Shown here: positions 9,582 through 19,328 of the stretch, piece after piece | Position numbering within the stretch: the stretch's first letter is position 1 | How the letters are laid out: every line of letters starts with the position of its first letter | From: an uncultured Verrucomicrobiota bacterium | GTDB taxonomy: Bacteria; Verrucomicrobiota; Verrucomicrobiia; Limisphaerales; SXQI01 | Reading direction: 5' to 3' | NCBI GenBank assembly: GCA_964566945.1 | Contig: CAZMKE010000019.1 | Span: 19,034 to 83,033 of the forward strand | Length of the DNA stretch: 64,000 bases | The notes under the pieces: generated by a model | Told to the model about the DNA's origin: nothing | Databases searched by the model: none | Seen by the model: the letters and a program-made list of their open reading frames with translations, nothing else | Translations under genes and position numbers: made by a program

Positions 9582-11087
9582 CTAGGCGATCACCTCGTCG
9601 ATCGGCCGCGCTTCCACCACGCCGGTCAGCTTGTTGTTCAAGCCGCCGTAGAAATAAGTGAGCTTCTCGTGCTCGAGCCCCATCAGGCGCAGGATCGTCG
9701 CATGCAAATCCCGCAAATGCCGCGGATTCACCGCCGCCCCCTCCCCCAATTCGTCCGTCTCGCCGTAACTGGAGCCGGCCTTCACCCCGCCACCCGCCAG
9801 CCAATAGGTGAAGCCTTTGGGATTATGATCCCGCCCGCCGGGTTTGCCGCCGGTATTGAAAGTCTCGCTCACCGGCATTCGGCCAAATTCGCCGCCCCAC
9901 ACCACCAGAGTCTCGTCGAGCAAGCCCCTTTGCTCCAGGTCGGTCAGGAGCGCGGCGATCGGCTGATCCACCTCCGGACAGTGCAGCTGCAGGTTCTCTT
10001 CGATCCCGTGATGCCCGTCCCAAGTGTTTTGCCCCCCGGCTCCGCCGCCCCCGGAATAGAGCTGCACAAATCGCACACCCCGCTCCACCAATCGGCGGGC
10101 GATCAGGCATTGCCGGCCAAACGGCGCCGGCCCTTGCGCCAGTGAATGCCACGCGGGCTTCGGCTCATTTACTCCGTACATTTGCAACGTCCGCGGATCT
10201 TCCTGCGACAAGTCCAGCGCTTCGGGCGCGGTCGCTTGCAGACGGAACGCCAGTTCATAGCTCGCGATGCGCGCCCCGAGATCGGTATTGCCGCCCCGGG
10301 CCGCCTGGTGCCGCGCATTCAAGGCGTTGATGAACTCAATCTCGTTCTGTTGCATCTCGGCCGTCACCCCGGACGGCGGCCGCAGATCCAGGATCGGCTC
10401 GCCCTGCGTGCGCAACACCGTTCCCTGGTGAACCGCGGGCATGTAGCCGCTCGACCAATTCGGCGCCCCGGTCGTCGGTCCGCCCCGCGGATCGAGCATC
10501 ACTACGAACGCCGGCAGGTTCTGATTCAGGGTCCCCAGCCCATAGCTCAGCCACGCCCCCACCGAAGGATGCCCCTGGAGAATCCGCCCGCTGTTCATCT
10601 GCAACACCGCGCTGCCGTGCGCAAATGAATCGCTGTAGAGCGATTTGATCACCGCCAGCTTGTCCATGTGCTGCGAGATGAACGGAAACGCATCGGAACA
10701 CCACAACCCGGACTGCCCGTGTTGCTTGAACGTGCGCCGGCTCGCCTGCAGCGTCGCCTTGGTCTTCGTATTCCGCCGGAACTCATTCTCGATCGTCTGC
10801 CCGTCCCGTTTCTGTAATTCGGGCTTGTAATCGAACAAATCCAATTGCGAAGGCCCGCCAAACATGAAGAGAAAAATGCACGACTTGGCCTTCACCGGGA
10901 TATGCGCGGGACGAGCCCAAAGCCCCGCCGCCCCGGCCTGACCCTCCGCGCGGGCGGCCAGAAAGCCGTCGTTCTGCAACAGCGCATTCAAAGCCAGCGC
11001 GCCGAACCCCGCGCCCAATCCCGACAAAAACTCGCGCCGGCCCAGCATCGGACGGCCTGGGCTCGGAAGATGATCAGCCGGATTCAT
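9582..11087 (-). CDS. DUF1501 domain protein (sulfatase-like fold, Tat-type signal)
   Basis: 501 aa with an N-terminal RREFLSGLGAGFGALAL twin-arginine-like signal. Its start lies 2 nt downstream of the stop of the DUF1553 gene. This is the classical DUF1553/DUF1501 gene pair of Planctomycetes and Verrucomicrobia. Confidence 0.9.
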   Translation of the reverse strand: MNPADHLPSPGRPMLGRREFLSGLGAGFGALALNALLQNDGFLAARAEGQAGAAGLWARPAHIPVKAKSCIFLFMFGGPSQLDLFDYKPELQKRDGQTIENEFRRNTKTKATLQASRRTFKQHGQSGLWCSDAFPFISQHMDKLAVIKSLYSDSFAHGSAVLQMNSGRILQGHPSVGAWLSYGLGTLNQNLPAFVVMLDPRGGPTTGAPNWSSGYMPAVHQGTVLRTQGEPILDLRPPSGVTAEMQQNEIEFINALNARHQAARGGNTDLGARIASYELAFRLQATAPEALDLSQEDPRTLQMYGVNEPKPAWHSLAQGPAPFGRQCLIARRLVERGVRFVQLYSGGGGAGGQNTWDGHHGIEENLQLHCPEVDQPIAALLTDLEQRGLLDETLVVWGGEFGRMPVSETFNTGGKPGGRDHNPKGFTYWLAGGGVKAGSSYGETDELGEGAAVNPRHLRDLHATILRLMGLEHEKLTYFYGGLNNKLTGVVEARPIDEVIA

Positions 11088-11088
11088 A

Positions 11089-13209
11089 TCAGTCCACGTA
11101 AATGACTTCGTTCAAATTCAAGAGCGCATGGCAAAAGCTCACCAAGCCCAACCGCTCCGCCTCCGCCGCCGAAGCGTCCGCTTTCAGGCGCCCTTGCGCC
11201 GCCATCAGTTTTTCGGCCGCCGCCACTTCCTGCGCGGTCGGCGGGCGTTGCACCGCCAGCGCAAACGCGCGCCCCACAAATGCCGCCCGATCCGTTCCGC
11301 CCCCGGCGCGCAACCGCTCGTAAAGGCGCTCGGCCTGCGCCTGCACAAACCCGTCGTTTAACAACATCAATGCCTGCGGCGCGGTGGTGGTCACGTTCCG
11401 GCGGCCCTGCGGCGACGAGCTGTTGGCAAAGTCGAAGCATTCCAGCAACGGAATCTTCAGCGCCCGTTTCACCACCAGGTATACACTCCGGCGGTTTTGA
11501 TCTTCCGGCGAACTGTCCTCCCAGCCTTTCCCGGCCGAGTCCTGCGTGCGATGCACCTCTTCCGGCAAACGCGGATAGACGCTGGGACCGCCCGCCTTCA
11601 AGTTCAACCCGCCGCTGATCGCCAGCAACGAATCCCGCACCCCTTCCGCTTCCAATCGCCGCAAATTCTGCCGCCAAAAGAGCGTATTGCCCTCATCCTC
11701 CGCCCGTCCGCGCTCGTTCGCCGCCGACGACGTCATGCGGTAGGCCCGGCTCGTCATGATCAATCGATGCAGTTCCTTCACGCTCCAGCCCCTCGCGATC
11801 AACTCGCCGGCCAGATAATCCAGCAACGGCTGATTCCGCGGCGGCAGGCCCGTCCGCCCGAAGTCATCTGGCGTCGGTGCCAGCCCGTTGCCAAAGTGCG
11901 ATTGCCAAAGCCGGTTCGCGAGCACCCGGCTGGTGAGCGGGTTGGCCGGATTCGCAATCCAATCCGCCAACACCCGTCGCCGGCCCGAACTCGGGGCGCT
12001 CGCCGGTCGCTCCGGAATCATCGGCGATTCCCGGGACAAGATCGCCGGAAATGCCGGCCCCACTTCTCCCCGCGGCGTCGCTGGATCTCCGCGCGCCAGG
12101 ATCTGGGTCACCCGGGCCTTGGGTCCATTCTCGACCGCGGCCAAAGCGTAAGGGAACGGCCCTCGGTTCCCGCGCCACCCTTCCAGTTCGCTCGCCTTTT
12201 TCTTCTTCTCGCCGTCCGGCGCCGCTTTGATTTCCTCCTCCAGCGCTCGCACCTTCTCGCTCTTCTCCCGCTCCCACGCCCGCCATTCCCCCGGCGTGGC
12301 CAGCGGCCGCTCGATCCGGCCCGTCCCGCGTCCGCCCCCGCCCGTCTTATGCTGCCCATACGGATCAATCCCGCGAAAGAAACTCAGCAGCGAGTAATAA
12401 TCCGCCTGGCTGAACGGATCGAACTTGTGGTCGTGGCAGCGCGCACAGCCTAACGTGAGGCCGAGAAACGCGGTGCTGGTCGTCACCAAGACATCGTCGA
12501 AATCGTCAAACTCCGCCGCCACCGTGCTGTCCGGTTCGTCGTCCCAGACGTGCAATCGGTAAAATCCCGTCGCGATCACCGCTTGCTCCCAGCGGTCCCT
12601 CGGTCCCGCGGGATCTTGCATCCATTCCTCGGCTAGCTCATCCCCCGCCAGCTGTTCCCGGATGAACTGGTCATACGGTTTGTCCTCATTGAACGCGCGA
12701 ATCACGTAGTCGCGGAATCGCCATGCGTTGGGCTTGGCCCCATCCCGCTCGTACCCATTGCTCTCCGCGTACCGCACCAGGTCCAGCCAATGCCGCCCTT
12801 GCTGCTCCCCATATTGCGGAGAAGCCAGCAACCGATCGATCAACCGCCTCCAGGCGGCGTCGCTCGGATCCGCCTCGAACGCGGCCACTTCCTCCGGGGA
12901 CGGCGGCAGTCCCGTCAGATCAAAAAAAGCCCGGCGCACCAAATCCCTCGGCGCAGCGGGCGGATTCATTGTGAGGTGATGCTGGCTCAACTCGCGAACC
13001 AAAAGTTCATCGATCCGGTTTCGTTGGCCATCACCCCCCGCCGGCGCCATTTCCGCCAACGGCTGGAATGACCACCAGCCGCGATCAGCCTCGGTAATGG
13101 CAAACTTGCCCCGACGCAACGCCGGCTCCGTTTCATTGCTCGCCGCCCTGGATCCTGAAGCCACCGCCCCCCACAGCAACAGAACGAAAACCAACAGCGT
13201 GGGAACCAT
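11089..13209 (-). CDS. DUF1549 + DUF1553 domain protein (no cytochrome domain)
   Basis: 706 aa with a signal peptide MVPTLLVFVLLLWGAVASG. Motifs: RRAFFDLTGLPPSPEEV, GRHWLDLVRYAESNGYE, LGCARCHDHKFDPFSQADYYSLLSFF, NRLWQSHFGNGL. Confidence 0.9.
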   Translation of the reverse strand: MVPTLLVFVLLLWGAVASGSRAASNETEPALRRGKFAITEADRGWWSFQPLAEMAPAGGDGQRNRIDELLVRELSQHHLTMNPPAAPRDLVRRAFFDLTGLPPSPEEVAAFEADPSDAAWRRLIDRLLASPQYGEQQGRHWLDLVRYAESNGYERDGAKPNAWRFRDYVIRAFNEDKPYDQFIREQLAGDELAEEWMQDPAGPRDRWEQAVIATGFYRLHVWDDEPDSTVAAEFDDFDDVLVTTSTAFLGLTLGCARCHDHKFDPFSQADYYSLLSFFRGIDPYGQHKTGGGGRGTGRIERPLATPGEWRAWEREKSEKVRALEEEIKAAPDGEKKKKASELEGWRGNRGPFPYALAAVENGPKARVTQILARGDPATPRGEVGPAFPAILSRESPMIPERPASAPSSGRRRVLADWIANPANPLTSRVLANRLWQSHFGNGLAPTPDDFGRTGLPPRNQPLLDYLAGELIARGWSVKELHRLIMTSRAYRMTSSAANERGRAEDEGNTLFWRQNLRRLEAEGVRDSLLAISGGLNLKAGGPSVYPRLPEEVHRTQDSAGKGWEDSSPEDQNRRSVYLVVKRALKIPLLECFDFANSSSPQGRRNVTTTAPQALMLLNDGFVQAQAERLYERLRAGGGTDRAAFVGRAFALAVQRPPTAQEVAAAEKLMAAQGRLKADASAAEAERLGLVSFCHALLNLNEVIYVD

Positions 13210-13304
13210 CCGGTCAGAATAAAAACCGTCAGCGCCACGTCAAGCGTCCGTCACATCAACCGCTTCAGCCCGGCGAACTTCCGGATTCTCGAAAAGCCCG
13301 CGGC

Positions 13305-14060
13305 TCATTTCATCGCCCGGCCCTTTTCCGGGCGTCGGACCGCGAAAACACCGGCCACGCCTGCGCAGAGCAATAGAACGGTCGCTCCCTGGTCCGGCAG
13401 TTCCACCAGCGTGATCCGGAACTTCGCCCACGTGCCATCCCCAAACTCATCCGCGGCCAGCGCCGTCGAATTCAGGAATATCCGGTAAGGCTCTCCCTGC
13501 GGATCAAGAAATCCGCTCTCGGCCACCGTCGTCACCGGCGGATACGGATAACCGCTCCCGAATCGGACAGCCCCAAAATTCTGTGAGAAATCTGACCCTC
13601 CACTCATAAAGAGCAACCCAAGCAAACGGTACTCTATCGTATACGCGAACTTTGCGTCCAAACGGAGATCCAGTTCCAGGTTCGCCGCCGCCCGCGCATC
13701 CGCCGGCTGAAACGGATCGACGAAATATGGGGCGAAATTTCTCACCTCGGTCACCGCCTCTCCCTCAAAGATCCATTCTCCGGCCGCCGGCTCGGTCACT
13801 TGCAGGCTCGCGGAGGCTCGGCCGGAAGCCTCACCCACATCTCCCGAAGCGCTCGCCATGTTCACCGCATCGGAGAATGCCTCGTGATCCGCCGAGTTGA
13901 AGCTGTCACCGTTGCGATTGTATCCCGAAGCTTGCGCCGAGAGAGCACCCGAGTAACTCAAGCCATCGGCCTGGCTTAGCGACGCCACGTCAAAAACTGC
14001 CGCCAGAACCATCGCCGCCTGCCACGTCCAAAAACCGGGAATTGAGGTTTTCATCTTCAT
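13305..14060 (-). CDS. PEP-CTERM-type secreted hypothetical protein
   Basis: The ORF is trimmed to the ATG at 14060 (MKMKTSIPGFWTWQAAMVLAAVF), with GGAG just upstream. The C-terminus VELPDQGATVLLLCAGVAGVFAVRRPEKG fits a PEP-CTERM-like sorting tail: motif, TM helix, basic residues. Confidence 0.7.
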   Translation of the reverse strand: MKMKTSIPGFWTWQAAMVLAAVFDVASLSQADGLSYSGALSAQASGYNRNGDSFNSADHEAFSDAVNMASASGDVGEASGRASASLQVTEPAAGEWIFEGEAVTEVRNFAPYFVDPFQPADARAAANLELDLRLDAKFAYTIEYRLLGLLFMSGGSDFSQNFGAVRFGSGYPYPPVTTVAESGFLDPQGEPYRIFLNSTALAADEFGDGTWAKFRITLVELPDQGATVLLLCAGVAGVFAVRRPEKGRAMK

Positions 14061-14352
14061 CTCCTGCCGACTCTTTGAGCGTATCACGTGTTCCACCCAT
14101 GGTGGATTGGGGCTGCGCCTTCTTTCCTGCGGGATGAATTTCTTACGTCCCGTGAGGAATTCTCCAAGTCGCGTTCCCGCCTGCCTGCGATCTCGTTGCT
14201 GTCTCATGGCAAATTACGCCACCAACTAGAGCCATTACGCCCTATTAATTTTCCCCAGCGCAAACCCTCTACCCGCACTCCATTCTAATCGAACCACAAC
14301 TTCTCCGTTGACAATCGGCTGGTAGAGCTTTTAGGCTCTAGGATCAGTCAAG

Positions 14353-15942
14353 ATGATACGTGCACTCATTATCATCCTCTTGCTGGCGTTCACGCGGGGT
14401 TCTTTCTCGCGGGCCTATTACGTTGCCCATTCCGGGAACGATGCCTGGGAAGGCACCGACGCGACCCGGCCCTGGCAAACGCTGCGCCGCATTGCCTCCG
14501 CTCACTTGGAACCGGGCGATCAGGTGCTGCTGAAGGCGAGCGACACCTTCGCCGGCACCTTGGAACTTTCCGGCCAACACTCCGGCGCCACATCCGCCCC
14601 GGTGCAAATCTCGAGCTTTGGCCCCGGGCGGGCCACGATTCAGGCCGGCCAGGGAGCCGGGCTCCTCGCCACCAACGTCGAGCACTTGCGCATCAGCAAC
14701 CTGATTTTTGTCGGGGATGGCCCCTCGGTAAACACTCACTGCGGACTTCAGTTTGAAAACAGCCTGCCCGACCGACGGCTGAAGGATATCGTCGTCGATT
14801 CCATCGAAGTCCGGGGGTTCGGCCGCCACGGCATCTGGGCTACCGGATCCAACTGGGGCTTTGAAGATCTGCAGATTCTTCGCTCGTCCGCGCAGCAAAA
14901 TCTCCGGGGCGGCATTGAAGTGGCCGGACGGCTCCCTTGGGATGCAAAAAACTACGCGCACCAGAACGTCACGGTCAGCGAATGCCGGGCTTTCGATAAC
15001 CCGGGCGATCCGAACTTCACGCAAAACCACTCTGGCAGCGGCATCGTGCTTTACCAGGTGCAGGGCGGCCGGATCGAGAAGTGCGCGGCTTGGAACAACG
15101 GCAGCCAATGCCCGGCAAAAGGCGGCGGACCGGTCGGCATCTGGGCCTGCGCCTCCCGCGATGTCGTGATCGAGTATTGCGAGAGCTTCCGCAACCGCTC
15201 GCAGGGCTTGGACGGCGGCGGGTTCGATCTCGACGGCGGCACCGAGAACTGCGTCCTGCAGTACAACTACACCCACGATAACCAGGGGCCCGGCCTCATG
15301 GTTTACGCCTACCCCTACAGCAGCTTTCAGGATCGCAACAATATCGTCCGCTTCAATATTTCCGTGAACGACGCCGCCGCGAGCAGCCTCTACGCCGGCC
15401 TTTGGGTTCGCACGGACGGCCACAAAATCCAGAATCTGGAAGTCTACAACAACACCATCGTCACCTCCGGCGCCCATGCCGCCCTCATTTCCGCGGATAA
15501 AGTCCAGGCCGCCCTGAAAAATAACATCTTCCTCAGCGGCCGGAATGGGCTCCCCCTGCGCGTGGACGCGCTCACTGCCTCCTCCAAAGTGAATGTACAG
15601 AACAACCTCTACTGGCGCAGCGGCGCCCCGTTCCTCGTCCAATGGAACAACCAGCCCTTGAACTCTCTCGAACAATTGCAGAAGGAAGCGCATCAGGAAT
15701 CCCTCGGCGAAGCCCGGCTGGGCGCCTTTGCGGACCCCGGAATTGAAACCGTCTCCAACGCCGCGGAAAGCCCCCTCGTCGGCCTGCACCGCCTCCGGCA
15801 GTTCAAGCCCGGCGCGGACCTGTCACGGCTCCCGGGCCTCCGTCTGGTCGCTCTGGGAGATTTCCCGGATACCGATTTTCTCGGCCACCACCTCAAGCCG
15901 GATGAATCCGCCCCTTTTGGCGCCATTCAACCGCACCCGTAA
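14353..15942 (+). CDS. Right-handed parallel beta-helix repeat protein (pectate-lyase-fold family)
   Basis: 529 aa with a signal peptide MIRALIIILLLAF. The N-terminus YYVAHSGNDAWEGTDATRPWQTLRRI is typical of the family, and N/G-rich beta-helix rungs repeat through the sequence. The 481-aa minus ORF 14344..15789 is its shadow. Confidence 0.8.
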   Translation: MIRALIIILLLAFTRGSFSRAYYVAHSGNDAWEGTDATRPWQTLRRIASAHLEPGDQVLLKASDTFAGTLELSGQHSGATSAPVQISSFGPGRATIQAGQGAGLLATNVEHLRISNLIFVGDGPSVNTHCGLQFENSLPDRRLKDIVVDSIEVRGFGRHGIWATGSNWGFEDLQILRSSAQQNLRGGIEVAGRLPWDAKNYAHQNVTVSECRAFDNPGDPNFTQNHSGSGIVLYQVQGGRIEKCAAWNNGSQCPAKGGGPVGIWACASRDVVIEYCESFRNRSQGLDGGGFDLDGGTENCVLQYNYTHDNQGPGLMVYAYPYSSFQDRNNIVRFNISVNDAAASSLYAGLWVRTDGHKIQNLEVYNNTIVTSGAHAALISADKVQAALKNNIFLSGRNGLPLRVDALTASSKVNVQNNLYWRSGAPFLVQWNNQPLNSLEQLQKEAHQESLGEARLGAFADPGIETVSNAAESPLVGLHRLRQFKPGADLSRLPGLRLVALGDFPDTDFLGHHLKPDESAPFGAIQPHP

Positions 15943-16003
15943 CCTGCTCCCCACGCCCTGCCCCCCCCACTCCCCGCTCTTTTGCTCTGAGGTATTGCGG
16001 GGG

Positions 16004-16402
16004 AATCTTCTTCAACAGGAGGTAACTAAGAGAACGGAGTGAGAACAAGCCAAGCTTAGAGCAGAAAGCTTGGAGCTCATTTTCCGACGGCCAATTCATC
16101 GTGTTATTGTGTCAAACTAACGTGTGCATCGTGTCAAAATAACGTGTTATTGTGTGAATTATCGTGTGGGGATCGTGTGGGTTACGTATGAACTGCGGCT
16201 CAGCGTCTCAAAAAGGGAGGGCGAACAGAGCCCAGCTCGGTGAGCTTGAAGGCCTGGGCGGCGCCAGTTTCTCAATTCTCATTCTCACTGCGTGAGAGAA
16301 TGCCGCTCGCTCGTGAGAAATGGGCCAAATATTCGCCACCCGGGCGCTCCCCAATCTCCGCACCTAAGCTCCCGCCTTCCGAAAGATCTCCTCCGCGATC
16401 TC
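16004..16402. repeat. Non-coding repeat R, copy 1 (contains a 43-nt internal duplication at 16113..16155)
   Basis: It aligns by eye with 18960..19328. I counted 7 mismatches in the first 109 nt and 7 mismatches in a 156-nt core (ctgaactgcggctcagcgtctc...gccaaatattc). It contains nested hairpins: tttctca...tgagaaa around cattctcac-tgc-gtgagagaatg, and gcccag...ctgggc. Confidence 0.8.
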
Positions 16403-16564
16403 TATGGGCATCTCCAGTCCCGCCGCCGTCTGCGACTCCAGTGCCCGCACCACATGCTGTACGCTCTTGTTCGCATCCGCATGCTCCGCCCGGGGCAATG
16501 GCGCGCAGGCCAGAAAAGTGCCGATCGTATTCAACGCTGCCAAAGTCACCGGATCGCAATTCAA
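16364..16564 (-). CDS. Small hypothetical ORF (66 aa), possibly translationally coupled to 16561..17472
   Basis: Its TTG start overlaps the upstream gene's TGA in a TTGA arrangement. The C-terminal EIAEEIFRKAGA is conserved in a decayed copy at 19290..19454. I recognise no family. Confidence 0.3.
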   Translation of the reverse strand: MNCDPVTLAALNTIGTFLACAPLPRAEHADANKSVQHVVRALESQTAAGLEMPIEIAEEIFRKAGA

Positions 16565-17472
16565 TCCAGCCGAACCCTGAAAAAACTGAGACGGTTCGTG
16601 GCCGAGACGCTTGCGCGGAAACTGAATTCATCCAATTTTTCGATTTGAGTGGCGATCAGGCCATACGGACCAGCCGCTCGATCGGAGGTTTCAATGGATC
16701 CTTTGGCCTCCGCGTAATTGACGTGGAAAATCAGCCTTATAGAACCGTCCACAATTTCGGCCCGATCGATTGAAGCGGTCCGCGACACGTAGCTGAACTG
16801 CGTTGCAATCACCACCGCACGAATCCGCAGCAAACCCAACGGTTCTACATATGTTACCGCACCTTCCTGAGGTACCCCCCTAAAAACCAAGGTATTCTGC
16901 GCATCGATCTGCGGATCGAGTCCTGGATGGATTTCCAAAGCGAGCGGCCCGAGTCGCCGGTCGTACGCATACGGTCGCTGCAGCGGAAATCGAAGATGGA
17001 ATTCTTGACTTTGGCCGCTGCGACCTGACAAGACTGTATGGTCGTTTGAGAAGACGAGAACGGCATCAAGCGGGACGGTGCCTGGGTTCGCAACGAACTG
17101 CTCCATACCGCCGCTAAGCGTGCCCAACGAAATGTCAACATGCCCCCAAGATTGAGGCGGAACGTCGCCCTTGGCCTCATCCCACCTGAACGCAATTTCC
17201 GTAATCACGCACACATCGTCCGGTAAGCTCGCGAATAACACAGGCGCGTAAACCACGTACGTTGAGAACACCCCGCACAATGTGTCTCCGAACCCGCTTT
17301 GAACACTCTCCGGAACAATGACAATGTTGGTTTGTTCGGACGTGGAAGGGATCTCGGATCGGTGTGCCGAAGCTTCTTTTTCAACAACGCTGGTTTTTCC
17401 CAGCAGCCATGGTGAAGAACTGATTAGTAACCCTGAAACTGAAAGCGTCACCAACGCGAACCGTCTATTCAT
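16561..17472 (-). CDS. Secreted hypothetical protein, paralogue of the PEP-CTERM proteins at 17734..18477 and 19480..20223 but lacking the PEP-CTERM tail
   Basis: 303 aa with a signal peptide MNRRFALVTLSVSGLLISS. The shared core is ITEIAFRWDE...VLVFSN...EFHLRFPLQRPYAYDRRLGPLALEI, matching ...FSVVIPLQNPFAYDPRAGNLLID in the paralogues. It ends ...NRLSFFRVRLD. Confidence 0.7.
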   Translation of the reverse strand: MNRRFALVTLSVSGLLISSSPWLLGKTSVVEKEASAHRSEIPSTSEQTNIVIVPESVQSGFGDTLCGVFSTYVVYAPVLFASLPDDVCVITEIAFRWDEAKGDVPPQSWGHVDISLGTLSGGMEQFVANPGTVPLDAVLVFSNDHTVLSGRSGQSQEFHLRFPLQRPYAYDRRLGPLALEIHPGLDPQIDAQNTLVFRGVPQEGAVTYVEPLGLLRIRAVVIATQFSYVSRTASIDRAEIVDGSIRLIFHVNYAEAKGSIETSDRAAGPYGLIATQIEKLDEFSFRASVSATNRLSFFRVRLD

Positions 17473-17733
17473 ACGTTTTCGACTATAAAGGAAGGCCTCG
17501 TGAGCAAAAGCTTCTTCTCGGCGAAACGGACATCGTCCCCCCGCGATGCGGACCGTCGGAAAGATGTCGCCAAAGTGCGGGATCCAAGAGGTCTACGGCG
17601 CGCATAGACTATGATCATGCCATAGCAAGAGGACGTCCTGAACAGTTTGAAACTTGAAGACACGCCCGGAAACAAACCAACCGATGGGTCGGACACGGAA
17701 TCAGCCCCTCTTCCAAGAGAGCATCCATGAAAC

Positions 17734-18477
17734 TCACAGTGCCCGCCTTCCCACGAACGGCCTTGCGCCGAAGACGAGAGCTGCCACGCCGAGCAGCGCC
17801 AATGTCGATGGCTCGGCGACGGCCGTGAACGTGAGCTGAAGAACCAGGCCCGAGTCGCGGTAGGAAGCGACGGTCGGAAGAGGTCCGATATTGCTAGCAA
17901 TGGACCGATCTCCCGTCGTGTCAAGGACCACGCCCGGCCCTCCGGTCGCACGCTGGTAGCTGGTGTCGATTAGCAGGTTGCCAGCACGCGGATCGTAGGC
18001 AAATGGATTCTGAAGAGGGATCACGACGCTAAACGGGTTCGGCCGAGTTGCACTGACGTCGCCAATTAGCCGAACAGCGCCCGAAAAGACGGTCTGCACA
18101 TCGGAGCCAACATTCTGGTCCCAGAGCAACGAAAAGTAAGGCGCGGTTGACGACGTCGTTGACATCCGGATTGTCATCGTCGTAGAGACGTCAAACGGCA
18201 CACCCTGCGGACCATCCAGGCGATAGGCAATCGCCGTAATAGAAGCCCCTTTCGGCATCGCTCCGATGAAGTTATTTGCATTGTAGATCGTCTGAGTCCG
18301 CAGTTCACCGGTGAAGGCAAGGGTAGAGCCTTCGCCCTCCGCATTTGCCGCCGAGCTTGGCGCAACAAGTTCCACCGCCTGGCTGACATTTGTGGCGAGC
18401 AATCCGCAGAGAACGAGCGTCCTCAGAAGGACTGACGAATTGGAGCACCTCGCCCAAATGGCGCATCTAAACAGCAA
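17734..18477 (-). CDS. PEP-CTERM sorting-domain protein (paralogue family)
   Basis: The C-terminus VAEPSTLALLGVAALVFGARPFVGRR is a PEP-CTERM tail. The maximal ORF reaches 18783, but the only signal-peptide-like segment (LLRTLVLCGLLATNVSQA) argues for a later start. I place it at the in-frame TTG at 18477; the start is uncertain. Confidence 0.7.
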   Translation of the reverse strand: MLFRCAIWARCSNSSVLLRTLVLCGLLATNVSQAVELVAPSSAANAEGEGSTLAFTGELRTQTIYNANNFIGAMPKGASITAIAYRLDGPQGVPFDVSTTMTIRMSTTSSTAPYFSLLWDQNVGSDVQTVFSGAVRLIGDVSATRPNPFSVVIPLQNPFAYDPRAGNLLIDTSYQRATGGPGVVLDTTGDRSIASNIGPLPTVASYRDSGLVLQLTFTAVAEPSTLALLGVAALVFGARPFVGRRAL

Positions 18478-18959
18478 AAACCCGCCAAGAGCCCCGATGA
18501 AGACTGGAGTTGTTCGCAACGCTCCTGAGAATCTCGCGAGCGCAACGGCCTTGGCACGGGAAATCGCCGTGGCCCATATCCCGCGTGACCGGAAGTCGCT
18601 GGCCGAAGAGGCCCAAACTCCCATATCCGGCCACGATGGCAGGCCGTGGGCTGGATCAGACACAACAAAGGAAAATCTGCGGAGCGTTGTCTTCACAGGG
18701 CAATCAAAGCGTCCCAGGCAAAATCGGCAAGCTCCTGAATAAACGACCAGGCTGCAGATCCTTGCTGAGAACTGCACCCACACTCAGGGGGACCGCGCTC
18801 GCGATGGCCTTTGTCTCCTCCGATTTCGCTCCCGATTCGGCAGATGGGTCCGGCGGAACGAGCTGCTGCAGCCAACAACCTAAGACCGCCCATGAGGGTG
18901 GCATCATACAAAACGCTTCCCCGAGAAGAGCAGTCACGCTCGACACGAATATCGAGGCA

Positions 18960-19328
18960 AATCTTCTTGAACAGGAGGCAACTGAGAGGACGGAGAGAGA
19001 ACAAGCCAAGCTCAGAGCGGAAAGCTTGGAGCTCATTTTCCGACGGCCAATTCATCGTGTTATTGTGTGAATTATCGCGTGGGGATCATGTGATTTGCGT
19101 CTGAACTGCGGCTCAGCGTCTCAAAAAGTGAGGGCGGACAGAGCCCAGCTCCGTGAGCTTCAAGGCCTGGGCGGCGCCAGTTTCTCAATTCTCATTCTCA
19201 CTGCGTGAGAGAATGCCGCTCGCTCGTGAGAAATGTGCCAAATATTCACCACCCCTGGGCGCCCGCAAATCGCCACGCCTGAAGCTCGCTTACGCTTTCG
19301 CCTGCCGAAAGATCTCCTCCGCAATCTC
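18960..19328. repeat. Non-coding repeat R, copy 2
   Basis: See copy 1. It has the same order of blocks but lacks the 43-nt duplication. Like copy 1, it lies immediately downstream (minus-strand sense) of a paralogue gene plus a small-ORF remnant. Confidence 0.8.

Noticed and set aside
15893-16099. Minus-strand ORFs beginning MNWPSENELQAF(C/R)S(K/E)LGLFSLR... in both repeat copies (15893..16099 and 18693..19055).
   Set aside because: They are conserved only for the ~32 codons that lie inside the repeat. Most substitutions between the copies are non-synonymous, there is no ribosome-binding site, and the sequences diverge completely beyond the repeat border.
16240-16773. Plus-strand ORFs inside the repeats (16240..16773 and 19153..19485, MS(L/F)KAWAAPVSQFSFSLRERMPLAREK...). 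In the 156-nt core, 6 of the 7 substitutions between the copies fall in the same codon phase, which hinted at coding constraint.
   Set aside because: Seven sites is too small a sample (roughly p~0.02 by simple counting). Two of the third-position changes are non-synonymous and one copy has a TGA just upstream. Downstream of the repeat the two ORFs diverge completely into P/S/R-rich sequence, and one overlaps the 3' end of the real gene 16561..17472.
16004-19328. Repeat R1/R2 as the template/variable repeat pair of a diversity-generating retroelement.
   Set aside because: No reverse transcriptase gene lies in the window. The mismatches are not adenine-specific (c/g, t/c, a/g and t/a are all seen). 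The repeats are largely non-coding.
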